DNA of 64,000 nt from Spirogloea muscicola (Eukaryota), in the NCBI GenBank assembly GCA_009602725.1, contig WELB01000028.1, positions 523,972 to 587,971 of the forward strand, in the 5' to 3' direction. A model generated the notes under the pieces. That model was not told the origin of the DNA. It ran no database searches and saw only the letters and a program-made list of their open reading frames with translations. Below are positions 40,412 to 52,129 of the stretch, piece by piece (position 1 is the stretch's first letter; the number at the start of each line of letters is the position of its first letter). A program made the translations under genes and the position numbers.

Positions 40412-43172
40412 ATACGTCTACACGAATCGCAATCATGCATGTCTGTCAGACACTTTGTATATAAGGTTTCACAACGTCAAGCAGGTGAAAGAAAGAAAGG
40501 CGGGATTGCCTGTGGAGGGCAAAGAAGTCGCTGGTACAAGGCTTGCAAGTACAAAGCATACAAGCCCCCTTTTACACAAAGAGCAGCCTTTAAGATGGGG
40601 GCAGCCCAACTATATACTGAGAAACGTATCAAGGATGAGGCTAGCAATGATGCTTATAGATTGGCCCCATCGCAGGACACATAGAGGCAATAATAGATGA
40701 GAAGCAAGACAAACTGTAAGTGCTAGAAGAAGCCCTCAGATAGCAGATTGGTCAGCTACTGCGCTGCCAAACAATGCCAAGGATAGCACAGAGGAGTACG
40801 AGGCTGTGTCAGCCGTGAGAGGAGGCTGCGCTCGCTGCAAGGATTGGGGGGGGGGTGGCGGAGGGTGGCCCGAAAGGGCGTGATATGGCCTGACCGAATG
40901 AAAGCAGGACACACCAGAGGTAGAGCACCCGCCTCCACCTCCTCGTGCCACTGCCTCAGCACAAGCTAGAACAGCAGCAGCCACCGTGCCAGCGCTTTGC
41001 TCATCTGTTCCATCATGCAGGACCAAACGGATATGCAGGATAAGCGAAACTGCTGCAGAGGTTGGAGGACGGGTATAAATAGCCTGTCAAGTTGCAAAGG
41101 AACGAGAGTTGTCTTTGATGACCCTTTTGGAGAGAGGGCTGAGGAAAGCCACGACTTCATTCTCACGAGTACACTGATTGTCGAGACCAAAAGGGAGAGA
41201 CAAGGACCAAGCGAGAAGGTGGAGGCAAGGCCGTCGTGATTGAAGGAGTAGGTCCTGCTAATCGGACCGGTAGCCTCCAAGCAAAAGCTGGACACTGAAC
41301 ACGCTGGCAAACGAAGGAGAAGCCGAAGCACGACATAGGAGCCACAGTGCGCCGTAGCACTGTAGTGCATGATCGCAAAGCCTGCGACTGTAGTAGGAAC
41401 GATTACAGGTGCAAAGAGGACACTCACATGATTGAGGTAAGCAGATGTAGCCCGGATGCTCACACTAAATGGCAGTGCCACGTGACATCAGCACAGCTAC
41501 CATCTGGAGGAGGCCGTTCCAAACACGTCGTGCATGACAATGACCAGCGGGAAAAAGAGGCAATTGCATTTCGTTTTCGTTTGTAAAGCTCAGCCTGATT
41601 CAATCAAATCCAGCCCACTCCAATGCCTGGCAAGATTAGGTGCTGACTCAAGGTTTTAGCTCTATCTGTGGAATCTCGTATTGAGATAGTGGTAGATATC
41701 AAGAGGGATGACACTACCACCGAGGTATTGCTCCTGTCTAGTCCCACCTATCGGCATAGCCAGGTTGTATTACTTAGCCACTGAGCCACCTAGCAAAAGC
41801 CGTCTTCCATATGTCAACGTCGTGGGCCTCTCTTTCTGGGCTAGCTTTCAAAGCCCCCGCCCCCTCTTGGAAGAGCTCACTTTCCTGGAAATTTCTGTTT
41901 CATCTATTTTATTAAAGAAGGAATGCGGCTGCTGCTATCATTAGAGCGGCTGTAAATGCCAGCCAGGTGCACACAGAGAGTATTCGATGACTGTCTTAGC
42001 AGAGCCAAAACTTGGGGAGGAGAAATGCGGCTGCTAATATTAAAAGAGCGACTGGAAAAGCCAGCTAGATGCGTACAGGTGTTCATGACGGAGCCACAGG
42101 GTGGGCAGACAGGGCGCTCTTAGTACCCCCGTGTCAGCAGTAGCAAGTCAGATGAGCTGAGGGGAGGAGGAGAGAAGGCATCGCCCATTGAGGATAGGGG
42201 CTGGGAATTGCCAGCCTAAGGAAGAATGAACAAAGTACGAGAAGGGGCCAGGGGAAGCACTAAGAAAATCAAGCACAAGAAGAAACTAAGCAGCTACGAA
42301 GCAATCAGTGACCCCTGCTAAGCACCCTCAGGTCAAAGAAATTTGGCTCCTGGAAGCGGGCCCCTGGCCAGAGCCAGAGGCAGCAGCGAGAGCTCTTCCA
42401 GCAAGCAGGTGCAACGCGCGGGCCATTGTCCTCTGCAGCGAGACGGCCAAGCGCGTGCGGTACACCTGCGCTAGCGACCCAGCTGCATGAAAGTCCACCG
42501 GCTCCCCATGGAAGCGGCGGACGATGGCGTGACGGGAGAGCTGGTTGAGCAGCTCGAGCAACCGAGCACCCAAAGCCCCGTGCGTGTCGATGGCGAGCGG
42601 GAAGAACACTTCCCGCGGGTGATCTGCGTATTTTAGCTCCTTGGCCCGAGCGGCGCAAGCTACCGCATACCCAGCCTTGGAGGTGCGGGGCGTGTGCGGT
42701 CGTCGGAGCAACCCCCGCTGCGCAAGCCAGAGGTGGCTGCTGCAAGGGCGCGACCGGCCCGGCGGTGCAAAGCAAGAAGAAGTGGCTCTCCCAATGGAGG
42801 CAAGGGCTGTGAAAGCCCAGCCCGACCCGAAAGCCCAGCCCAGCCCAGCCCGAAAGACTAGACAAAGGTCCGAAGGGGCCAAATGACGGAAGGAGCCTAA
42901 AGCTGCTATGTCAGAACGGTTGTAGGATGGCCCACTCAGTAGCTACGAGTGAGGAGGCAAGCGCTTAGGACCGCTGTAAGGACATAGACAGACGCATGCG
43001 GTGGCAGGACACAAGACCCGGAGGCACCGAGCCGGGAGACGGTGTCGAGGGGAGGCGCCCGGCGCCCGCCGCTCGGCCAGCGCGGGGGGCGACAGCACGT
43101 GGCCGGCAGCCCTGCCGGCCCTACGTGCGCACGTGGGAGGAGAGCCCCGGGCCGCCGTAGCTTCCCTAGAAG

Positions 43173-44302
43173 AATGGCGCGCCCTGAGAGAAGATGCCCG
43201 TCCACCTCCGCAACGGGGTCCCTCGGACGCGGCGTGTCGATCTTGGTCGGCGTCCCCCTGGGAGGTGGCAAGCGGCTTCTCATGGACGTCGTCCTAACCG
43301 ACAGCTTCCGGACGAAGGGCCCCGTAACTTCTGAGACCGGCTATGCCGTGAAGGTGGCCGAACAGAAGAAGTTGCACAAGTACAAGGACCACCCGGCGGG
43401 TGATACCTTTTACCCCCTGGCCATGGACATCCATGGGTGTTACGGGGGTCGGTGGTCCTCGTTACTTTCGCTGCTGGCATCTCAAGCTGACCAGCGGCGC
43501 CGGGAACAGGGTGCAGCCCTTCCCGGTGGCTCGGTGCCTTTGGGTCTTGTGTCCTGCTACCGTATGCGTTTGTCTATGTCGCTACAGCGTTCCCAAGCGC
43601 TTGCTTTGCATCGCCGCGCTGGTCGTGCCCTTGCAGCAGCCTCTGGCTTGCGCAGCGGGGTTGCTATTCCTCCCCTCAGCTCATCTGACTTCCTACTGCT
43701 GACACGGGGTTACTAAGAGCGCCCTGGCTGTCTAGCCTGTGGCTCCGTCATGAACACCTGTATGCATCTGGCTGGCTTTCACAGCCGCTCTTTTAATATC
43801 AGCAGCCGCTTTCCGAGAAGAGGGGCTAGCAAAGCCAGCCCAGAAAAGAATGGACAACGTCCGCAGGCCTCAAAGGCCACAAAACGGTGCCCGGAAAGAC
43901 AAAACTACACACCAATAATGATGCAGATGGATGCTCAGTAACCACGAGTGAGCAACAGCAAATCAGAGTAACTCGAAGCAGGAAAAGCGGCACTCCGCCG
44001 AGAGAAGGGCTCGCCCATTGAGGATAGGGGCTGGAAGCCGAGACCCTTGAGGCAGCAGGCATAGCGCGGCCAGCGCGCGTGTGGACCGGTGAAGCGCTGG
44101 AACGAGACCGCCAGCCTCATACGAAATACCTGGGCGAGGGAGCCGGCAGCGTTGAAGCCTGGCAAACCCGGCCGCCGCTTGCCGCTCGATGGCCTGCCAA
44201 GCAAGCCGCTGGAGGAGATCCAACCAGCCACTGCCGAAGGCCCCGTGAACGTCAATGGCCAGGGCCGCGAAGACATCGCCTGGAGGGTGGTCTGCGTACT
44301 TG
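43173..44302 (-). mobile_element. Outer 5'-truncated CRE-like element with 8-bp TSD
   Basis: CCTAGAAG at 43165-43172 and 44303-44310. The homologous site upstream of GST copy 2 (~48965-48990) is empty. Encodes KYADHPPGDVFAALAIDVHGAFG...SDLLLLTRGY*. Confidence 0.82.
43195..43814 (+). mobile_element. Inner CRE-like element with a near-intact RLE domain, nested in the outer element's 3' end; 7-bp TSD
   Basis: GAGAAGA at 43188-43194 and 43815-43821. ORF LLMDVVLTDSF...AVKVAEQKKLHKYKDHP...FYPLAMDIHGCYG...RLSMSLQRSQALALHRRAGRALAAASG...SDFLLLTRGY* is followed by a 3' UTR. Confidence 0.82.
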
Positions 44303-44619
44303 CCTAGAAGCTGCAGGCGCACGCGCGCGGCCCGCCTCGCCTCTCTTGCGCCGTCCGATGCGGCATCGCTCGATACGGCGGCTCCCGCTTCTGGAGACCC
44401 TTTCCCCCCCCAGCCGGTGACGGCAGCACGGCCAACCGTCCCCAGCCGGCCCCCCCGGGCGATTTGCCGAGGGAGCCTCAGGAGCGCCACGAGAAGCGCC
44501 GACCAAATCCCCCCACCCCCCCCACCCGTGGCACATTTTCCCGAAATGATAGAAAGTGCTCTTCTCCAGATGCTCGCTCACCCGCCCCCCCTCGGCGCTC
44601 CTGGCCCTCCATGACTACG

Positions 44620-44625
44620 TATAAA
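44620..44625 (+). promoter_or_regulatory. Putative TATA box of GST copy 1 (copy 2 has TATAAG at 49343)
   Basis: TATAAA ~140 nt upstream of the ATG in GC-rich DNA, at an equivalent position in both copies. Confidence 0.5.
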
Positions 44626-44763
44626 GCTTGCCCCTCCATACTTGCGTACAAGACGTGCCCCTCTCCCCCTCCTCCTCCACAGCAGCGCCCGCCAAGCCCA
44701 GCCCAGCCCCTGATCCGCCAAGCCCCACTCATCTTCGCCAAGGCCCACCACCAGCTGCTCGCC

Positions 44764-46244
44764 ATGGCGCTCATCACCATCTACGGCCACCCCATCTCGA
44801 CGCACGTCCGGCGCGTCCTCACCGCCGCATACGAGAAGGGCCTCACTGAGCAGGACATTGTGCTGCAGCCGGTCAACATCTTCGAGTTGAAACACCGGGA
44901 GAGCGAGTATCTCGAGAAGCAAGCAAGTGGACCTGCTCTGTAGTCCTCAGCAGCGCCCGTGGGGGTGGCCACTCTGCAATGTGCAGCTTGGCCTAGATGC
45001 TCTCTGCTTACCCGCCTTGGAACATCTGCGAGCACTTGAGCTAGCTCCTCTCCCGATTGAGCTTGTCATCTGACAATCGTCATACTGGAGGAGCCAACAT
45101 TGATATATTCGTCTTCCTCCGTGCAGCCATTCGGCCTTATCCCAGTCATGGAGGACGGGCAATTCATGCTCTATGGTCAGTTCCCTTTTCCTACATGATG
45201 TCTTACATCACACTGAGGGTAGTAGGGGGTTGAGGGTTGAGGGGGTAGTACATATAGCCCATGAATGTGCAGGTGGTTACATGGACAAGGACCGTGGTAC
45301 ATTGTAGACTTGCTTACGCTCGTTCCAATAATTAATCCAACTTGATGTGTGTGGACAGAGTCCAGGGCAATCGCAAGATACATCGCTGAGAAGTATGAGG
45401 GCCAAGGGACCGACCTGCTCGGCTCCAACCTAGAGGAAAGGGCTCTGGTCGAGCAGTGGCTTCAGGTGGAAGGCCAGGAGTTCAACAAACACATCTCTAT
45501 CATCGTGCGGGAGCTGGTGAGCTTTTGACTCTGCCCGGTTGCCCACCAAGCTGCAGGTCACCGTCTGATGCGTTGGACGTATGCCGAGGTCGGTATCTCT
45601 AATCGTTCCTGCAGGTAGCTGGTCAGAAAGAGTCTTCAGATTGTTGTCCTTATGTCTGCCTCCCATGGCACAGCAAACCTGCCAAGCTCGGTGCTCTGCA
45701 TCACCCATATTACTGCGTCAAGCATAGACTCTAGAGAGTTGCCTTGTCTCCTGCAGGGCTTCAAGAAAGCGGTTGGGCCACCTCTGTTCCCTGAAGAGGT
45801 GAACGACTGGCTGGCCACCGACGCACAACAAAAACTTGAAAAAGTGCTGGACGTCTATGAGAAGCACTTGGCAAAGCACGAGTATCTTGCACTGGACAGG
45901 TTCACGTGAGTGTCTCTGTCCCACTCAAGCAGCTTGGGCAGCCCCCGACGCAAAGGGAACCTAATCTAGATAGCTAGTACTGAGCTTCTTGTCGAGATTG
46001 CTGGAGCAAGCTATTTGTTGTTCTGTGAGCACCACTTTGATATAAAGTCCACTGGGCTGTCATGCATCCTGGACTGACACTTGCTTATCGTACTGGCAGC
46101 ATGGCTGATCTTTCGCATATACCATTCACGGATTACCTGTTCAAGTTGGCCAAGAAGGGTGACCTTATCGAGAGCAGACCCAACGTCAATGCATGGTGGA
46201 AGCGCATAAGTAGCCGTCCTTCTTGGATGAAGGCTGATGCCTAA
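44764..46244 (+). CDS. GSTF: Phi-class glutathione S-transferase, copy 1 (5 exons)
   Basis: MALITIYGHPISTHVRRVL...YEKG...KQ|PFGLIPVMEDG.F.LY|ESRAIARYIAEKYEGQGTDLLG..LEERALVEQWL.VE...|KLEKVLDVYE.HL.K..YLA.D.FT|MADLSHIP...RPNVNAWWKRISSRPSW. Confidence 0.93.
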
Positions 46245-47319
46245 ACGACGAAGGGGCTCGTCCACATCTACCTGGCGACAGTTTGTGGTTGAAGCTCTCC
46301 GAATAGCAAAACGAGCAGCTGGTACTACGTACCTGCTCATTGACCTGTGTAACATTGAGTCCTCCTTACCGAGATTTTGCATGTCAAAGAGTCTTACGGT
46401 CACAGTGGCTGGTGCTAGTCAAGCATGAGCTTACTAGAGCTTGCACTCCTTTTTCAAACTCTGTGCAACTTTTGTACTTTGTGGCAACCTGCTCTTTCCT
46501 GTTATGCTGGCATATGAAAAACATGGCTCCTACGGGCAACCATAGCCATGAGAAGCCCACCGGAAGACACCCAAAGAGCCTCTAGGTATAGCTTGTCCGC
46601 AAAGACTGCAAAGATTAGAAACTCAGTAAAGACTGCAGACACTGCACAAACCACACACCAACAACTAAGCATAAGAAAGTTACTGGAAGGCAGATCAGTC
46701 GAGAGCACCGGCGTTGTCTTAAGTGCCACGAGTCACAAAGTTGTGCAAACTGTTCTTCAATAAGGTCTCAGTAATCTTCAGATAGTGCACTTCCTTGCGC
46801 TGAGCCGTGGTTACCAAGCCGGTATACAGAATCCTCATGGAGAGGGGCAAGGCTCAGAAGTACATGCATTTCTGTCTTATGCCCTTGCTTTGCGCAAACT
46901 CGGCCGCAGGGAATGCTGCTTTACACAGAAGAGGTACCGTAGGTTCAAAGCTCGAGCACTCTCACAATAACATACGTTGTCATACATACGAATTGGAACC
47001 AGGCAGTGATAGTGCGGAAAGGAGCAGTCTGACATTTGCTCGCTGAAAGCTGCCAGCACAGAAGATTCTGAAGAGGCTACACAATCCTTCACACTCAGAA
47101 GGCTGCTGCCACCTGATGTTACAGGATGAGCGCAAACCAGCAGCATTTGCCCGCAGTGACCAAGAAGGTGTCACATGAGCATGAAACGTGGCTGAGTACA
47201 AGGTGTTGAGCCTGGTCCTGCCGGAGCAGCTCGTTAATATGGTGATCCAGGGCCCCACTGCTTGCTCCCACATGCTTGTTGAGCCTCGGTACTGGCCACT
47301 CACAATCATGGCCGCACCC

Positions 47320-48812
47320 AAAAGAAGCAGCGCTCCCAATGGGGGCGAGGGCTGTAAAAAGCCAGCTCACAGAAGACCGAACAAGGTCCAGAGAAGCTGA
47401 GAAAAATGTGGAGACCAATGAGGGTGCCTGCACAGCCAGCAGTCGCAAGTCGGAGAGACCAGCAGCAGCAAAGTAAAAATCTAAGTCTTTCAAAGGGCAG
47501 GGAGAAGGTGCGCGGTGCGCATGAAATTTATATAAGGAGGCCAATTCTAGCCTTACAAAATTCCTGTTTACGGGGTAATGAGCTGGCTAAGGAGACACTA
47601 ACATCCCCGAGTGAGCACATGCATGTCTGACAAGCTAAGCTGAGGAGCCAGACCACCATCGTGGAAGCCATTAGTTTGGGCTAATGCACGCCCAGCACGC
47701 TGGTGTATCGCGAGTGCCTAGGAGCGCTGTAGACTCGAAGATAGCCGCATTCAATGATGGCTTGCGGGACGCCAGAATGCCCTAAGCTACCAACTCGACT
47801 ACTTTGGCGGGCATCGACAGGCAGTCCAGGCGATGGAGGAGGGGAGACCACTTCGTACCGTAGCCGCCGTATATGTCCATGGCGCATGGGAAGAAGTCGC
47901 CCCGGGGGTGGTCATTATAGTGCCTCTCCTGCTTCCTTTTGGCGTGATGTGTCGCCCAACCTGGCACAGTCGGTGTGGGTGCCCCTGGTTGGAATGCGTC
48001 GAAGAGAACGACGTCGAGGAGAAGACGAGGCCCACCACTCCGGGGGGTGGCCACCACATCCAGACGCCTGACGTAAGGCCTGCCACGCTTCTGGAGCACC
48101 GGCATGATGCCCGGCACCTCCATGGCTGCATGATAACCTGCCTCGCGCATAAAGCCATACATTGCGTCTCTGAGAAGATTGTGGGAGGCATTTCATTCAC
48201 TTCCCTCAAAACATCGAAGCATGTGGGCTGCCAGCGATATCTCATCCTCCGAATGATGGCCACGGCCACATTCACACTGTCCAATGCCAGCCAAACAAAG
48301 TGGAGGGAGGCCGAGGTGGTGGACGACAGCCGTCCGGAAGTAATAGCGCTTCTATATTGACTTGTAGTCGGAGAGCCGAAGCGAAAAACAAGAAGAAAGC
48401 GGCTGCTGATTCAAAAAGAGCGGCTGTAAGAGGCCAGCCAGATGCATACAGGTGTTCATGACGGAGCCACCAGGCTAGGCAGACATGGCGCTCTTAGTAC
48501 CCCGGTGTCAGCAGTAGGAAGTCAGATGAGCTGAGGGGAGGAAAAGCGACCCCGCTCCGCATGCCAGAGGCTGCTGCAGGGGCGCGACCGGCTCGGCGGT
48601 GCAAAGCAAGCGCTTGGGACCGCTGTAGGGAAAATGCATGCGGTAGCAGGACACAAGACCCGAAGGCACCGAGCCTCCAGAGGTGCCACACACAGCCGGG
48701 TGGTCCTTGTACTTGTGCAACTTGAAAGACGGAGAGCCGAAGACAATACACTACCAATCAGCTACCCCACACACAACCGCAGATGGAAGCTCAGTACCCG
48801 CGAGTGAGCAGA
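47320..48812 (-). mobile_element. Cluster 4 of CRE-like fragments, including one with CCHC knuckle plus RLE
   Basis: 47500-48360 reads FRTAVVHHLGLP...CEC(x14)HMLRC...*..SHNLLRDAMYGFMREAGY..MEVP...RRLDVVA...LLDVVLFD...HAKRKQERHYNDHP..FFPCAMDIYGGYG... with one in-frame stop and later frameshifts. Further termini at 48494 and ~48791. Confidence 0.82.
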
Positions 48813-48928
48813 GAGAAAGACGGTTGGGGAGACGGTGTCGAGGTGACTCGCCCGGCGCCCGTCGCTCCGCCAGCGTCTAGCGCCGGCTAGCGCGGGCGGC
48901 GGCAGCCGGGGGCCGGGCGCACTGCCGT

Positions 48929-48948
48929 CCCCACGTGCGCACGTGGGG
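48929..48948. promoter_or_regulatory. Perfect 20-bp palindrome with two G-boxes upstream of GST copy 2
   Basis: CCCCACGTGCGCACGTGGGG. The homologous, partly mutated copy lies at ~43119-43138. Confidence 0.55.
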
Positions 48949-49466
48949 TGAGCCCCGAGGCTTGCGAAGCTTCGTCGGAAGCTGCCGGCGCGTGCGCGCG
49001 CCCTCTCCGCCTTTTGTGCGCCGTCCGATGTGGAGCGCGGGCCCCGCGGCGCCGCCCGATGCGGCGGGTCTCCCGCTTCTGGAGACCCCCCACCCCGGTT
49101 TGTGACGGCAGGCTCGGCTCAAACTCCCCCCCCACGCATACCCCCTGGGGGCGATTGCAGCAGGAGCCGGAGAACCACGACAGGTGCCAACCAAATCCCC
49201 CCCACCCCCCCCCCCCCCATGCTTATAACGGAATTTCTTCAATCCCGTGGCACTTTCCCAGAAAGAATAAAGAGTGCTTTTCCAGATGCTCGCCCACCCG
49301 CCCCCAGCCTCCCTTCGGCGCTCTGGCCCTCCATAACTGCGTATAAGGCTTGCTCCTCCGTAACTTCGTACAAGACTTGCCCCAACCTCCCTCCTCCCCA
49401 GCAGCGCCCGCCAAGCCCAGGCCCGATCCGCCAAGCCCCACCACCTTCGCTCGCCAGCAGCGTGCC

Positions 49467-51010
49467 ATGGCGCCCATCACCCTCTACGGCCACCCCATCT
49501 CGGTGCACGTCCGGCGCGTCCTCACCACTGCGTACGAGAAGGGCCTCACCGAGCAGGACATTGTGCTGCAGCCGGTGGACATATTCGAGATGAAGCACAG
49601 GGAGGGCGAGTTTCTCGAGAAGCAAGTAAGTGAACCTGCTCTGTTGTCCTCAGCAGCGGCCATGGGGGTTGCCACTCTGCAATGTGCAGCTTGGCCTAGA
49701 TGCTCTCTGCTTACCCGCCTTGGAACATCTGCAAGCACTTGAGCTAGCTCCTCTCCGATTGAGCTTGTCATCTGAGAATCTTCATACTGGAGGAGCCAAC
49801 AATAATTTAGTCGTCGTCCTCCGTGCAGCCATTCGGCCTTATCCCAGTCATGGAGGACGGGCAATTCATGCTCTATGGTCAGTTCCCTTTTCCTACATAA
49901 TGTGTTACATCACACTACTGAATCATTACACAAGTGAAGCTGCACGCGTGTGTGCAACTGCATTGATAAAGCAGCCAGTGTTCTTGAGCAGCGATGCCTG
50001 ATGCAGGTTGATGTGTAGTATATATTGCCCATGAATGTGAAGGTGATTACATGGACAAGGCCGTGGTACATTGTGACTTGCTTACGCTCGTTGCTACTTA
50101 CAGTCCGTCTTGATGTGTGTGGACAGAGTCCAGGGCGATCGCAAGGTACATCGCTGAGAAGTATGAGGGCCAAGGGACCGACCTGATTGGCTCCAACCTA
50201 GAGGAACGGGCTCTGGTCGAGCAGTGGCTTCAGGTGGAAGGCCAAGAGTTTAACAAGCACGTTTCTATCATTGTGCGGGAGCTGGTGAGCTTTTGACTCT
50301 GCCCAATTGCCCACCAAGCTGCAGGTCACTGTCTGATGCAGTGGACATATGCCTAGGTCGGTATTTCTGGTTGTTCCTGCAGGTAGCTGGTCAGAAAGAG
50401 TCTTCAGATTGTTGTCCTGATGTCTGCCTATCATGGCACAGCAAACCTGCCATGCTCGGTGCTCTGCATCACCCAGTATGACTGCGTCAAGCATAGACTC
50501 TAGAGAGTTGCCTTGTCTCCTGCAGGGCTTCAAGAAAGCGGTAGGGCCACCTCTGTTCCCTGAAGAGGTGAACGACTGGCTGGCCACCGACGCACAACAA
50601 AAACTTGAAAAAGTGCTGGACGTCTATGAGAAGCACTTGGCAAAGCACGAGTACCTTGCACTGGACAGGTTCACGTGAGTGCCTCTGTCCCACCCAAGCA
50701 ATTTGGGCAGCACCTGACACAAGGGAATGCCACATACTAGTACTAAGATTCTAGAGTCTGCTGGAGCATGCTTATTGTTGTCCTATGAGCATCATTCTGA
50801 ATGAAACTCCACCTTTACTGGGCTGTCGTGCACCCTGGACTGACAGCTGCTTATCGTACTGGCAGCATGGCTGATCTTTCGCATCTACCATTCACGAATT
50901 ACCTGTTCAAGTTGGCCAAGAAGGGTGACCTAATTGAGAGCAGACCCAATGTCAATGCATGGTGGAAGCGCATAAGTAGCCGTCCTTCTTGGAAAAAGGC
51001 TGATGTCTAA
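49467..51010 (+). CDS. GSTF: Phi-class glutathione S-transferase, copy 2 (tandem duplicate)
   Basis: Same five-exon structure: MAPITLYGHPISVHVRRVL...SSRPSWKKADV*. Introns and flanks align with copy 1. Confidence 0.93.
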
Positions 51011-52129
51011 ATGACGGAGGTGCTCGCTGGATGTGCACCTGGCGACAGTTTGTGCTTGAGGCTCTCTAAATTGCAAATAGAGCAGCTGGCATTATGTACC
51101 TGCTCATTGGCCTGTATAACACTGAGTCCTTGTTCTCGAACTTTTGCACGTCAAAGAGTCTCACTCTCACAGTAAATGGTGCTAGTCAAGCATGAGATTA
51201 GCAGAGCTTCCACTCCTTTTTCATGCTCTGTGCGACTTGTACATGTTGTAGCAACCTGCTCTTTCCTGTTGTTCTGGCATGAAGAATACATGGCACCTAC
51301 AGGCAATTATGGTTGTAAGAAGCCCGCAGGAAGACACCCAAAGAACTTCTAGAATATATAGCTGGTCGCAAAGACTGCAAAGACTAGAAACTCAATCAAG
51401 ACTGCACAGACTGCACAGACCACACACGAACAAACAACCCTATAAAAGATACTGGATGGCAGAGCAACTCCTCAAAGGCAGAGCCCTTTAAGGAGAGCAC
51501 CGGTGTCGTGTCAAGTGCCACGAGACACAAACTCGTGCAGAGTGTTCTTCACGAAGGTTTCAGTGATCTTCAGATAGTGCACTTCCTTGTGCTGAGCCGT
51601 GCTTCCCAAGCCGGTTTCAACAATGCTGATGGAGAGGGGCAAGGCTCAGAAGTACATGCACTTCTATGTTATGCCCTTGCCTTGCGCAAAGTCGGATGCT
51701 GAGAATGCTACTTTGCACAGAAGAGGCACTATAGGTCCAAACTTCGATCACTTCACAATAGAATACATAGTCATACATTCGCATGGGAACCAGGCAGTAT
51801 TGGTGCAGTAAGGAGCAGTCTGAGACTTGCTCGCTGAAAGCTGCCAGCACAGAAGACTCTGAAGAGGCTGGTCCTTCACACAGGTCCTTGACACCCAAAA
51901 GGCTGCAGCCCACTGATTTGACCGGATGAGCGCAAACCAGCAGCAGTCACCGACCGTCACCAAGAGGGTGCCACATCAGAGCAGGGGAGTTGGCTAAGTA
52001 CAAGGTGCAGAGCCTGGTCAAGCTGGAGCAGCTCGTTCATTGATAAGGTGATCCAGGGCCCCACTGCTTGCTTCCACATGCTTATTGCGGCACCCCCGCA
52101 CTGGCCACTTACAATCATGGCTGCACCCA

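Larger units (their letters stand above)
41815..44302. mobile_element. Cluster 3 of CRE-like fragments, interrupted by a GST promoter remnant at ~43030-43172
   Basis: Termini at ~42120(-), 42305(-), 42936(-), 43716(+) and 43935(-). RLE-like ORF pieces KELKYADHPREVFFPLAIDTHGALG...RLAVSLQR (42328-42700, -) and others. Confidence 0.8.

Noticed and set aside
40736..41481. Minus-strand ORFs downstream of TML
   Set aside because: No recognisable domain or consistent exon chain; I cannot support a gene call, though a degenerate gene is not excluded.
43042..43716. 224-aa ORF as a domesticated standalone endonuclease gene
   Set aside because: It begins at a GTG in promoter DNA and crosses two TSD junctions; it is a read-through into a truncated insertion.
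46650..47310. Coding-looking sequence duplicated downstream of both GSTs (also ~51480-52120)
   Set aside because: Stops and indels differ between copies and no motif is recognisable; the similarity is explained by the duplication.
30113..51010. CP12-Nit1-USP-GST as a glutathione/stress gene cluster
   Set aside because: TML intervenes and these families are common; there is no evidence beyond loose thematic similarity.
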